Part shown: one piece after another, positions 9,773 to 18,933 of the stretch | How the letters are laid out: the number at the start of each line of letters is the position of its first letter | How positions within the stretch are numbered: the stretch's first letter is position 1 | NCBI GenBank assembly: GCA_963727445.1 | Contig: CAVSGI010000021.1 | Span: 384,001-448,000 of the forward strand | Direction of reading: 5' to 3' | Length of the DNA: 64,000 nucleotides | Source of the DNA: an uncultured delta proteobacterium | GTDB taxonomy: Bacteria; Myxococcota_A; Polyangia; Polyangiales; B10-G4 | Notes under the pieces: generated by a model | The model's input: only the letters and a program-made list of their open reading frames with translations | Database searches by the model: none | Told to the model about the DNA's origin: nothing | Made by a program: the position numbers and the translations under genes

Positions 9773-10993
9773 TCAGAAGAGCTCTTCGCAGGCGTAGGAG
9801 GCGGTGACGGTGTGCGTGCCGCCGTCGGTCAAGGTGTCGCAGGGCGCCCCGAAGAGCTCGAAGACCGTGTTGTCGGCGTTGGTGTAGGCCCAACCGTCGG
9901 TCATCGAGTCGGTGTGCATCACCTCGGTCCCGTCGAGCAGGATGCGGACGCGGCGCGGATTCTCCGGGGCGACGTCCATGTGGAAGCTGCACCCCACGAA
10001 GCCCGAGGCGATCGAGCTGAGCGCGGACTCGAGCGCGGTCTCGTCGCCCGCTTCGTAGTACGCCGGGTCGCTCCCGCGCGCGGTGCCGCCGCGCCGAGCC
10101 ATCTCGGACAGGACGTCGGCGAAGGCCTCGCTCCCCGGCAGGCCGATCACGTAGACGGGGATCGCGGGCGTGCCGGAGGCGGCCGCTTCGATCGCGGCGT
10201 AGGTCTCGGCGTCGTCCAGGCAGAACTGCGCGCTCATGCAACCACCGCCCCCGCCGCCGGTCGTGCAGGTGCACGAGTCCGCGGAGAGCGAGTCGTTGCA
10301 GTTGGGCGCGCCGTCGGTGGCCAACAGGATCGCCGGCGCGTGGGTCTCGTGGCCGGCGCGCGGCATCTGCAGGTAGTCGGTCACGTTGCGGATGGTGGCG
10401 GCGGTGGGCGTGGCGCCGCCCGTGCCGTCGCGGGTGAGGCGGTTCACGATGGCGTCGGCGGTGTTCGCGTCGGGATCGATGAGCACGTCGCCCGCGGTGC
10501 AGAGGTTTCGGCCTTCACCCGCGAAGCTGGCCATCCCGAAATCGATCTCCGCCTCGAGGGCGTGGGTGACGCTGTCGACCGCTGCGAGCATCGCGTCCCA
10601 CTTCGAACGACCCGTGCCCGGGATGTCGTCGTCCATGCTGAGTGAGCGATCGACGACCAGCATCAGGTCGGAGGTCTCGGCGTTGACCGAGAAGTCGAAC
10701 TCGCCGCAGCCGGTCATCACGTCCGAGTTGGTGGTGGAGTCGCCGCCGCCCGCGTCGCCAGGCGGCACCTGGCAGGCGCCGACCATGCACTCGAGGCCGG
10801 CGGCGCAGTCCGCGGTGGTCACGCACTCGGCGCCCACGCCGTCGCGCGCGCATACGCCGGAGACGCAGGTCAGACCCGAGGCGCACATCCCGTCATCGGT
10901 GCAGGCCTCGCCTTCGCCGAGAGACCCGGAGCAGTCGCAAGCGGCGACCGCAACGCAGAACACCAGCGCGACGGAGGAAATCGAATGCCGCAT
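9773..10993 (-). CDS. Cys-rich vWA-domain lipoprotein, CglB-like
   Basis: GGAGG upstream of ATG; lipobox VAA-C; Cys-rich repeats; MIDAS DRSLS; TPT; LLATDGAPNC; VYVIG. Confidence 0.82.
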   Translation of the reverse strand: MRHSISSVALVFCVAVAACDCSGSLGEGEACTDDGMCASGLTCVSGVCARDGVGAECVTTADCAAGLECMVGACQVPPGDAGGGDSTTNSDVMTGCGEFDFSVNAETSDLMLVVDRSLSMDDDIPGTGRSKWDAMLAAVDSVTHALEAEIDFGMASFAGEGRNLCTAGDVLIDPDANTADAIVNRLTRDGTGGATPTAATIRNVTDYLQMPRAGHETHAPAILLATDGAPNCNDSLSADSCTCTTGGGGGGCMSAQFCLDDAETYAAIEAAASGTPAIPVYVIGLPGSEAFADVLSEMARRGGTARGSDPAYYEAGDETALESALSSIASGFVGCSFHMDVAPENPRRVRILLDGTEVMHTDSMTDGWAYTNADNTVFELFGAPCDTLTDGGTHTVTASYACEELF

Positions 10994-11092
10994 GCCAAGA
11001 CCTCCCATGGCGCTGGCTCTCGGAGTCGAACGCCACCCCCATGGTGGGCAATCGCCCGCAGAAATGGAAGTGCGCTGCGCGACGCTCTTCCC

Positions 11093-11818
11093 TCAGCGCG
11101 TGCAGGCGTTGAACTCCGCCGAGCACTGCTCGCGGCACATGCGCTCCATGCTCTCGCAACGCGCCTGACACGAGGAGTCGCTGAGGCTGCACTCGCGATC
11201 GCGGCAGTAGCTGGTGGAGTCGTGGCAGACGTCGCGGCAGCGCGAGAGGCGCTCGTTGCAGCGGCGTCGTCGCGCCGCGCGGCTCGGGCCGCCGCCGCCG
11301 CGCGCGCCGGCTGGCGCCTCTTCGCCCTCGGGGCGGAGCGAGACGTTCACCTCCGAAGCGATGCCTTCGCGGATCTCCACGTCGACCTGATAGGGCACGT
11401 AGCCCTCGGCGCTGAGCTCGAGGCGGTGGGGGCCAACGGCGGGCGCGAGCTCGGCGGGGGTGGTGCCCGAGGCGTTGCCATCGATGAGGAGCGTCGCGCC
11501 CGCGGGCGTGGATTCGACGCGGAGCTTGGGGGCGAGGTCGGCGGGATCGAGGGCGACGGCCGCGTCCTCGGGTGTCATGACCGGCTCCGGTGGTCCAGCG
11601 AGGGCGTTCACCGCCGCGCCGCTCGCGCCGCCCCCGATCACGCCGCCGATGGTGCCGGCCGCGCCGCCGATCACCGCGGCCGCGACGAGGAGCCTGGTCG
11701 CGCCGGCCCAGTCCGCGACCAGCCCAGCGGTCTCTTTGGCCGCATCGAGGCCGGCCTCGGCCGTCTCGGCACGCTCGCGCTTCTTCTGCTCGGCGTCTGT
11801 CTGCGGATCGGTCGGCAT
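11093..11818 (-). CDS. Membrane PEGA-domain protein with Cys-rich C-terminus
   Basis: Gly-zipper hydrophobic segment; LRVESTPAGATLLIDG...GTTP PEGA motif; 10 Cys in the last 55 aa. Confidence 0.75.
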   Translation of the reverse strand: MPTDPQTDAEQKKRERAETAEAGLDAAKETAGLVADWAGATRLLVAAAVIGGAAGTIGGVIGGGASGAAVNALAGPPEPVMTPEDAAVALDPADLAPKLRVESTPAGATLLIDGNASGTTPAELAPAVGPHRLELSAEGYVPYQVDVEIREGIASEVNVSLRPEGEEAPAGARGGGGPSRAARRRRCNERLSRCRDVCHDSTSYCRDRECSLSDSSCQARCESMERMCREQCSAEFNACTR

Positions 11819-11909
11819 CGGCGCGCTCCTTACGCTGGCCGGGACGACACGGCAACCGTCCTCCGGCGCGCACCCGCCGAAACCGAGAAACCGCCCAGCG
11901 TCCCCTAAA

Positions 11910-14623
11910 TTAGCGGGCGAGGATCTTCAGGTCGGCGATGTTCACGCGATCGAACGCGCCGGAGCGTCCGCCGAGGCCGGCGGTGTACTGCTCGAAGTGA
12001 GCGAAGGCGCTCATGTTCACCATGTCGTCGTCGCTGCGGATGGTGATGCGGTAGCTCTGGCCGGCGACGAGCTCCACCGGGACGAAGCTCGAGCCAGACC
12101 AGCGCGACCAGTCGCCGAGGTGGGGCATCACCACCGGGCCGTCGGCGACGATGGCCCCGGACGAGAGGTCTTCGACCACGATGCGCTTGATCCCGCAGGT
12201 GATGCCGGTGGTGACGCTGCCCGCGCCGTTGCCGAAGGTGAGCTGCAACAGATGCGCGCCGCTGCGCGTCGCCGTGTAAGAGGGAACGGTCAGGGTGTGG
12301 CCGGGGTCGCCCCATCCGTCGTAGTGGAAGCGCCCGTGGTCGGTGGAGGCGGTGCCGCCGACCGCGGTCATCGCGTCAGCGCCGATGGTGGTGATGCGCT
12401 CGTAACTCGAGCCCCAGAAGCACGTGGGCGGCGAGTGCTGTGAGTGGTTTTCGCTGCCGACGAAGGTGGTCTCGACCACCTAGCAGGGGCTCTGATCGGC
12501 GCTCGGGCTGGCTCCGGTGTCGACCCAGGTGGAGGTGCTTCCCGGCAGCGCGTCGGCGACCACCTCGCCGTCGCGGTAGATGCGGTAGGTGACGTCGGCG
12601 GCCGCCTCGCCGCGCAGGTCGAGGGCGAGCTGCGACGCCGCCGGAGACCGCGGTGAGGGAGGTGATGCGCGGGGTCTTGGGGCCGAAGACGTCGCGGTAG
12701 TCGGCGTCCGAGACCTCGGTCAGCGAGCCGGCGTCGCCGGTGCCCGTCGCCGAGCATGACGTCGATGCGCGTCTCGCTCGGGAGCATCGCGTCGCCGATG
12801 TCGCCGTCCGCGGGGCCGGCGGCGCCGTCCACCGTGATCGAATCGACGGCGAGGCGCCGGTGCCTGCGTCCTCGGGCAGGTGCAGGACGACGGTCACGGT
12901 GCGTCCGCGGTAGGGGAAGTCGTTCAGGACCAGCGCGTCCGTGCCGGCGAAGAGGCCGGTCGCGCATGGCGGCGGTCACGAAGGGGGCGACGCGAAGGCC
13001 GTCGCCCGTCGCTTCGAGGCCGAAGAGGGTGTGGTGGACCATGGAGAGGTAGCCCGCGACCGACCAGAGCTGCCGCTGCGAGTTCACCACCGGGCCGCTC
13101 GTCGAGCCCTCGTCCACCCAGGGCGCGCCCGAGCCCGCCTCGAAGTTCTCCATGTTGGAGAGGTTGAGCGCCGCGCCGCGCATGAGCGCGTTCACCATGC
13201 GCTCGGCGACCGCGCCGTTGTTCGCGACCTTGGCAGCGCGCAGCCAGTAGGCGTTCACGAAGGGCCACTCGCCGCGGTTGTGATAGATGGGCGTGTCCTG
13301 CTGCTCGGGGAAGACGACCACCGCGCCCGGGCCGTAGTGGGGGTAGCGCGAGAGGACCTCGGCCGCTTGCGCGTCGGTGGCGACGCCGAAGATCACCGCG
13401 AAGGCCGAGGCGAGGAGATCGAAGCGGCGCACCGGCGCCGGGATCGAGGGTGGTGGTCACGAAGGTGGAGAAGAGGCCCTCGTCCGCGAGCCAGAAGCGC
13501 GTCGGAGATGGCGGCGCGCAAGCGCGTCCGCCCAGCCGCGGTAGCGATCGCGCGGCGTCGGTGTCGCCCGCCTCGTCGGCGAGGTCCGCGGCGATCTCCA
13601 TCGCGCGCAGGTGCAGGAGGTTCGTGCCCAGCGCCTTGCTCATCCCGATGTGCACCACGTCGTCGGCGGTCCATTCGGGATAGGTCTGCTCGCGCCAGTC
13701 GAGGAAGGACTGCTCGCCATGGTAGAGGCCGTCCGCGTCGTCGTAGACGATCTCGCCGGTCGTGCTCGAGGGTGTTCCGGATCGCCGACATAGGCGCGGT
13801 CCCGGAAGTCGTCGCGTGCGCTCCCGTCGAGGTAGGCGAGGGTGGCCGCGGCGCCGAGCGCCCAGGAGACGCGATCGCTGCTCACGGGGTAGCTCCCGCC
13901 GGTGCCGGTGTCCTGAACGATCTGGAGGTTCCCGCCGCCGCGGCGCTCGCTCAGCTTGAAGGAGAGCGAGCTCGCGGCGCGCGCCGGGTCCATCGCCGAC
14001 AGGCCCAGGTCCATCGCGTAGGCGGTGTCCCGCGTCCAGACGTAGTGCCAGAGGCGCCCCGTCTCGAAGCAGCCGCCCGCGTCGCACGAGACGGCGGCGC
14101 CGTCGTTGAAGGCGTAGTCGCGGATCGAGCTCACGCTGTTGTCGCGCGCCTCGGAGAGGGCGAGGGCGTGGAGCGCGTCGAACATGGTGTTGCCGGTGCG
14201 CGTCGTCGGCCAGCCGTCTTCTTCGACGACGGTGCGCGGGTTTTCGGGCTCGCCGTCGCGGAGCGCGGCCGTGCTGCCCAGCGTGTAGGTGCGACGGCAG
14301 GCCGCGGGATCGTCGATGCTCGCGGTCGCGGTGCCGAGCGCGCCGACGAGCTGGTCGGTGCCGGTCGGGTCGGCGCCGTCCGGGGACACGCAGTGCGCGG
14401 GGAGCGAGCCTCCATCGGGGAGCGAGCTGTCGGCGGCGCCGTCGGGGGGCGCGCCGTCGGGGGGCGCGCCGTCCACGCTCCCGTCGGCGGCGCCATCGGG
14501 GGACGTCATGGAGGAGTCGTCGCCGCAGCCGGAGGTGAGGAAGGGCAGGAGGGGCAGGAAGGGCAGGAAGGGCAGGAGGAAGAAGCTCCCGAGGAGCGCC
14601 GCGCCGCCGCGACCCTCAACCAC
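11910..14623 (-). pseudogene. Lipoprotein six-hairpin glycosidase (amylo-alpha-1,6-glucosidase-like) with C-terminal CBM-like domain; about 8 frameshifts and one in-frame TAG, possibly sequencing errors
   Basis: Colinear fragments across all three minus frames: LTSG-C lipobox, ETGRLWHYVWTRDTAY, QDTGTGGSYPVSSDRVSW, GEQSFLDWREQTYP, YHNRGEWPFV, NSQRQLWSVAGY, then FGNGAGSVTTGITC; TAG at 12482-12480. Confidence 0.75.
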
Positions 14624-16991
14624 CGGTGCGCCCCGTGAAGATCGCCGTGCCGCCCGCCTCGAGGGTGAGGAGGATCCGGGTGCCGGAGAGGGTCGCAGTG
14701 CCACTGCCGGCGATCGCTTCGAGGGAGGTGACGCTTCCGAGCATCGTCCCGGTGAGCCCATCGATCGCTTGGCTGCTCACCGCGGCGCCGCGGTTGACGG
14801 CGACCACCGCGAGCTCGCCCGGGTCGTCGTGGGCATAGGCGTACACGTAGAGGGTGTCGCTGACGAAGAGCGGGACGCGCCGTCCGCGGCGCAAAGCCGC
14901 AGAGCTCGCCCGCGCCTGGCCGAGCTCCCTCAGATCGTCGGCGAAGGCGGCGCGCTCGGAGGACAGGGTGGTCTCGCCCATCGCCACTGAGGCGAGGGAA
15001 TCGGTCCACACCATGTCGCGGCGATTGTCGGGGTCGTTGCCGCCGGCCATGGCGACCTCGTCGCCGTAGTAGAGGAAGGGGATCCCGGGCAGGGTGTAGA
15101 GGACGGTGAAGGCGCGGCGCAGGCGGCCCATCACCGCGGGGTCGGTGGGCGCGCCCGGGAGCGAGGTGCACGGCGCTCCGTCGGCCCAGCGACAACCCTG
15201 CGAGGGGTCGAAGCCGGCGCGCGACGCCATGCGGTTGGTGTCGTGGGTGCCGAGGAAGCGGACGTGCAGGCCGCCCGGGGAATAGCGCGTCTCGAAATCG
15301 GTGACGACGTTCTCGACGTCGCCGTAGGCCATGCGGTCGGTGACCAGGCCGTCCTGCAGGCGATGGTGCGTCGGGAAGTCGAACTGGCCGTCGAGGGCGT
15401 TTTCGCCCACGTAGGCGTCGATCCAGGCGTAGCCATCCGGGTAGGTCTCTCCGCAGCCGTAGTCCGCGGAATCCCATTGGCCGACCGCGGTCTCGCCCAC
15501 GAGGTAGAGGCGCTCGCCGCCCTGCCCGAAGCGCTCCGTGAGCTCCGCGCGCAGGTTGTAGATCGAGTTGGTCTCGACGTGCTTGACCGCGTCGATGCGG
15601 AAGCCGTCGACGCCGAACTCGTCGACCCAGAAGACGGCGTCGTCGATGAACTGCGCTTCGGCCTCGGGGACGCGCCAGTTGATGTCGGGCAGGTAGCTCG
15701 CGAAGAGGCAATCGAGGGGGCGCTCGCTCCAGCCGCAGCCGGGGTCGATGCCGCAGACGCAGCCGGTGCGGAACCACTCGGGGTTCGAAGCGTAGTACTC
15801 GTGCTGCTCGTGGACCTGGTTGTTGATGAGGTCGAGGAGCACGCGGATGCCGCGGCTGTGCGCCTCTTCGACGAAGGCGTGGAGGGCCTCGTTGCCACCG
15901 AAGCGGGGCTCGACCTCGCGTCCGCGGATGGGCCAGTAGCCGTGGTAGCCGGCGAAGCGGTGGTCGCCGTCGCGACCCTGGAAGTCGCCCTCGGCCTGCT
16001 GATTGAGCGGGCTGAGCCAGATGGCGTTGATGCCGAGCTCTTCGAAGTAGCCGCTCTGCATCACCTGAAGAGCGCCCCAGAGGTCGCCGCCGTGGAAGTC
16101 CGCCGGATACTCGACAGGTGAGCCCACGGCGCGATCGATGTCGCGGTTCCCGTTTGCGAAGCGGTCGACGACGATCATGTACATGGTGGCGTCGCGCCAT
16201 TCGAAGGGCGATTCCTCGAGCCAGAAGGGAAGGTCCACGGGCTTGGCGTCACGATCCATCGCGTCGGTCGCGTCGACGCTCAGCACGTGGCGGCCCGGTG
16301 TCAGGCCGCTCAGCGTGACGTCGAAGGCGGTCGCGTCCGTGTCGAGGGTGGTGGCGGCGGCCGGGAGGCGTGCGCCGTCGAGGTCGAAGGCGACGGATGT
16401 GATCTCCGCGCCGTCCGACGCCGACAGGAGGTTGACGCGGGTCGTCGCGCTCGCCGTGGCGAAGTCCGTGTGGATTTGGCTGCCGACGATCTCCGGACCG
16501 GCGTCGCAGGCGGGCATCCGAAGCGCGCTGTTGAGGCAGTCGCCATCGTACTTCCGGTGCGTCCCGTTCGGATCGAGGATCGAATCGGTGCCGTCGATGA
16601 TGAGCTTGTAGGCGTAGAGGGCCCCGGGGGTGAGGCGATCGCTCGGCTCGAGGGTCACCTCGAAGGTGCCGTCGCCGTCTGCGTCGAGCATTTCGATCGG
16701 CGCGTCGGCCCAGTCGGTGAACTCACCGGCGAGCTGCACTCGGCTCGCGCCGACCGGCGGGGCGTAGCTCAGGGTCAGGGCGCAGGAGCGTGGAGGGGCC
16801 GCGAGCGGCGGGATGGCCGCGTCGACGGTGCCGGAGTCCCCCGCATCGGAGGCGTCGGGCGCGGCGCTGTCGGGCAGGGTCCCGTCGCTTGTCGCGTCGC
16901 TGCCGCCGTCTTCGGGGGCGCCATGGTCCGTGCAAGCGCCGCAAAAAAGCGGAAAAAGCACGCTAAGGAGCGGAACTAACCTCTGAGTCAC
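14616..16991 (-). CDS. GH13 alpha-amylase family lipoprotein with N-terminal CBM48/E-set domain
   Basis: GGAGG upstream of GTG 16991; lipobox CGA-C; VQLAGEFTDW; YMIVVDRFANG, GGDLWG, YHGYWP, GFRIDAVKH, VGE, THD, GIPFLYYGDE. Confidence 0.93.
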   Translation of the reverse strand: MTQRLVPLLSVLFPLFCGACTDHGAPEDGGSDATSDGTLPDSAAPDASDAGDSGTVDAAIPPLAAPPRSCALTLSYAPPVGASRVQLAGEFTDWADAPIEMLDADGDGTFEVTLEPSDRLTPGALYAYKLIIDGTDSILDPNGTHRKYDGDCLNSALRMPACDAGPEIVGSQIHTDFATASATTRVNLLSASDGAEITSVAFDLDGARLPAAATTLDTDATAFDVTLSGLTPGRHVLSVDATDAMDRDAKPVDLPFWLEESPFEWRDATMYMIVVDRFANGNRDIDRAVGSPVEYPADFHGGDLWGALQVMQSGYFEELGINAIWLSPLNQQAEGDFQGRDGDHRFAGYHGYWPIRGREVEPRFGGNEALHAFVEEAHSRGIRVLLDLINNQVHEQHEYYASNPEWFRTGCVCGIDPGCGWSERPLDCLFASYLPDINWRVPEAEAQFIDDAVFWVDEFGVDGFRIDAVKHVETNSIYNLRAELTERFGQGGERLYLVGETAVGQWDSADYGCGETYPDGYAWIDAYVGENALDGQFDFPTHHRLQDGLVTDRMAYGDVENVVTDFETRYSPGGLHVRFLGTHDTNRMASRAGFDPSQGCRWADGAPCTSLPGAPTDPAVMGRLRRAFTVLYTLPGIPFLYYGDEVAMAGGNDPDNRRDMVWTDSLASVAMGETTLSSERAAFADDLRELGQARASSAALRRGRRVPLFVSDTLYVYAYAHDDPGELAVVAVNRGAAVSSQAIDGLTGTMLGSVTSLEAIAGSGTATLSGTRILLTLEAGGTAIFTGRTGG

Positions 16992-17184
16992 GGATCCTCC
17001 CGGCGGGGAACGTGGCCGATCGGGGACCCGGGCGCAAGGCAGTGCCGGATGGGGGCGGGACAAAGGTGGGCTGGGGGCTTCGGGACCAGGGTGCACGGCC
17101 CCTCGACCTTGAACCACCGCGCGCCGGAAAGCCCGCCGACTCCGCCGACTTGCGAGCCCTGGGTCATTGGATGACGATCGACGC

Positions 17185-18933
17185 ATGTCCGCGAATCTCA
17201 TCGCCCTCCAGAATCGCTTTCTCGGCCGGGGCGAGACCGTCTATGACCGCCTGGCGAGGCTCCGCGAGCAGAAAGGGGCCCTGGCCGACGAGGATCTCCT
17301 GGCCCTGGCCCGGGAGCTGAGCCTGCCGCCGGCCCACGTCCGGACCGTCGCGAAGTTCTACGACGAGCTGAAAGAGAGCGCGCCCGCGGCCGTGCACCTG
17401 AGGATCTGCAACGGGGAGGCGTGCGAGGTGGCGGGAGCGGACGGCTGCCGGGAGCGCGTCGCGGCCGCCGAGCTCGGCGACGACGTCGCGGTGGGCTACG
17501 TCACCTGCGTGGGGTACTGCGGGAGCGGGCCGAATGCGCTGGTGCAGATCGGCCACGCCGAAGCGGTGGTGTCGCTGCGCGGCGACGGGCTGGACGCGGT
17601 GGTGGCGGCGGTGAAGAAGGGGGCGCTGCCCGCCCTCGAGGAGCCGGACAACGCGCTCTACGATCCGCCCGAGGGCAAGAACGTGCTCATGCGCACCATG
17701 CGCGCCGAGCCGGGGCTCGAAGGCGCGAAGGCGGTGGGCGCCTATCGCGCGCTGGAGAAGGCGCGCGCGATGGATCCGGAGGCGGTGATCGCCGAGGTGA
17801 AGGCGTCGAAGATCCGCGGGCGCGGCGGCGCGGGATTTCCGGCGGGGATCAAGCTGTCGTCGGTGCGCGGCGCGCCCTCGAAGATGGACCGGGTCGTGGT
17901 GCTGAACGCCGACGAGGGGGACGCGGGCGCGTACATCGACAAGGAGCTGATGGAGCGGGCGCCCCACACGGTGATCGAGGGGATCGCCATCGCGGCCCAC
18001 GCCGTGGGAGCGAAGGAGGCGATCGTCTATCTGCGCGGCGAGTATCCGACCTGTCATCGCGTCTGGATCGAGGCGGTGAAGGAGGCGGAGACCGCCGCGC
18101 TCCTGGGCGAGCTCGAGATCCGGACGGTGCGCGGGCATGGCGCGTACATCTGCGGCGAGGAGACGAGCCTGCTCCGGAGCCTCGAGGGCGTGCCGGCGCA
18201 GGTGTCGCCGAAGCCGCCCTATCCGGCGGTGGAGGGGCTGCGCGGCGCGCCGACGCTGGTGAACAACGTGGAGACGCTCGCGGCGTTCCCCTTCATCGTG
18301 AACGAAGGTGGCGCTGCTTACGCGGCGCTCGGACGCGGGGAGAGCCGCGGCACCAAGCTGGTCAGCCTGAACACGGCGGTGGAGAAACCGGGGCTCTACG
18401 AGATCGAGCTCGGCACCACGCTGCGCACGCTGCTCTTCGAGATGGCGGGGGGGATGGCCGACGGCAAGAAGTTCAAGGCGGTGCAGATCGGCGGGCCCCT
18501 CGGCGGCATCTTCGGCGAGCAGCATCTCGACGTGCCCATGACCATCGAGGACCTCGCGGCGGCGGGCGGCATGCTGGGTCACGCGGGGGTGGTGGTGTAC
18601 GGCGACGACGTCGACCTGGTGAAGATCGGGCGCGGGCTGATGAAGTTCTGCGCGGTGGAGAGCTGCGGCAAGTGCTTCCCGTGCCGCATCGGGTCGGTGC
18701 GCGGGACCGAGCTCTTCGACAAGATCCTCGCCGGGGAGGGGAGCCAGGCGGACATCGATCTGCTCGCGGAGCTCGACGAGACGATGCGGTTGGGGTCGCT
18801 CTGTGCCCTCGGCGGCGCGATCCCGATGCCCATCGACAACCTGCTAGCCTGGTTCATGGACGACTTCGCGAAGTACGTCCCAGGAGCGAAGACTCCCGCC
18901 ATGGTCGCGGCGCGGTACGAGGTGAATCGATGA
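17185..18933 (+). CDS. fdsB: NAD-dependent formate dehydrogenase flavoprotein subunit, NuoE/FdsG-NuoF/FdsB fusion
   Basis: N-terminal CNGEAC...CVGYC [2Fe-2S] motif; RGRGGAGFP, NADEGD, GAYICGEET, NNVET, ESCGKCFPCRIG...C. Confidence 0.88.
   Translation: MSANLIALQNRFLGRGETVYDRLARLREQKGALADEDLLALARELSLPPAHVRTVAKFYDELKESAPAAVHLRICNGEACEVAGADGCRERVAAAELGDDVAVGYVTCVGYCGSGPNALVQIGHAEAVVSLRGDGLDAVVAAVKKGALPALEEPDNALYDPPEGKNVLMRTMRAEPGLEGAKAVGAYRALEKARAMDPEAVIAEVKASKIRGRGGAGFPAGIKLSSVRGAPSKMDRVVVLNADEGDAGAYIDKELMERAPHTVIEGIAIAAHAVGAKEAIVYLRGEYPTCHRVWIEAVKEAETAALLGELEIRTVRGHGAYICGEETSLLRSLEGVPAQVSPKPPYPAVEGLRGAPTLVNNVETLAAFPFIVNEGGAAYAALGRGESRGTKLVSLNTAVEKPGLYEIELGTTLRTLLFEMAGGMADGKKFKAVQIGGPLGGIFGEQHLDVPMTIEDLAAAGGMLGHAGVVVYGDDVDLVKIGRGLMKFCAVESCGKCFPCRIGSVRGTELFDKILAGEGSQADIDLLAELDETMRLGSLCALGGAIPMPIDNLLAWFMDDFAKYVPGAKTPAMVAARYEVNR

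Noticed and set aside
12480..12482. Amber read-through or pyrrolysine in the glycosidase
   Set aside because: The TAG lies in an indel-rich hotspot, one base from TAC (Tyr), and no pyl genes are present.
17421..18929. 1406-aa ORF as a giant FDH fusion
   Set aside because: The first ~500 aa are an Arg/Gly-rich off-frame read of fdsB; the real start is ATG 18930, overlapping the fdsB stop.
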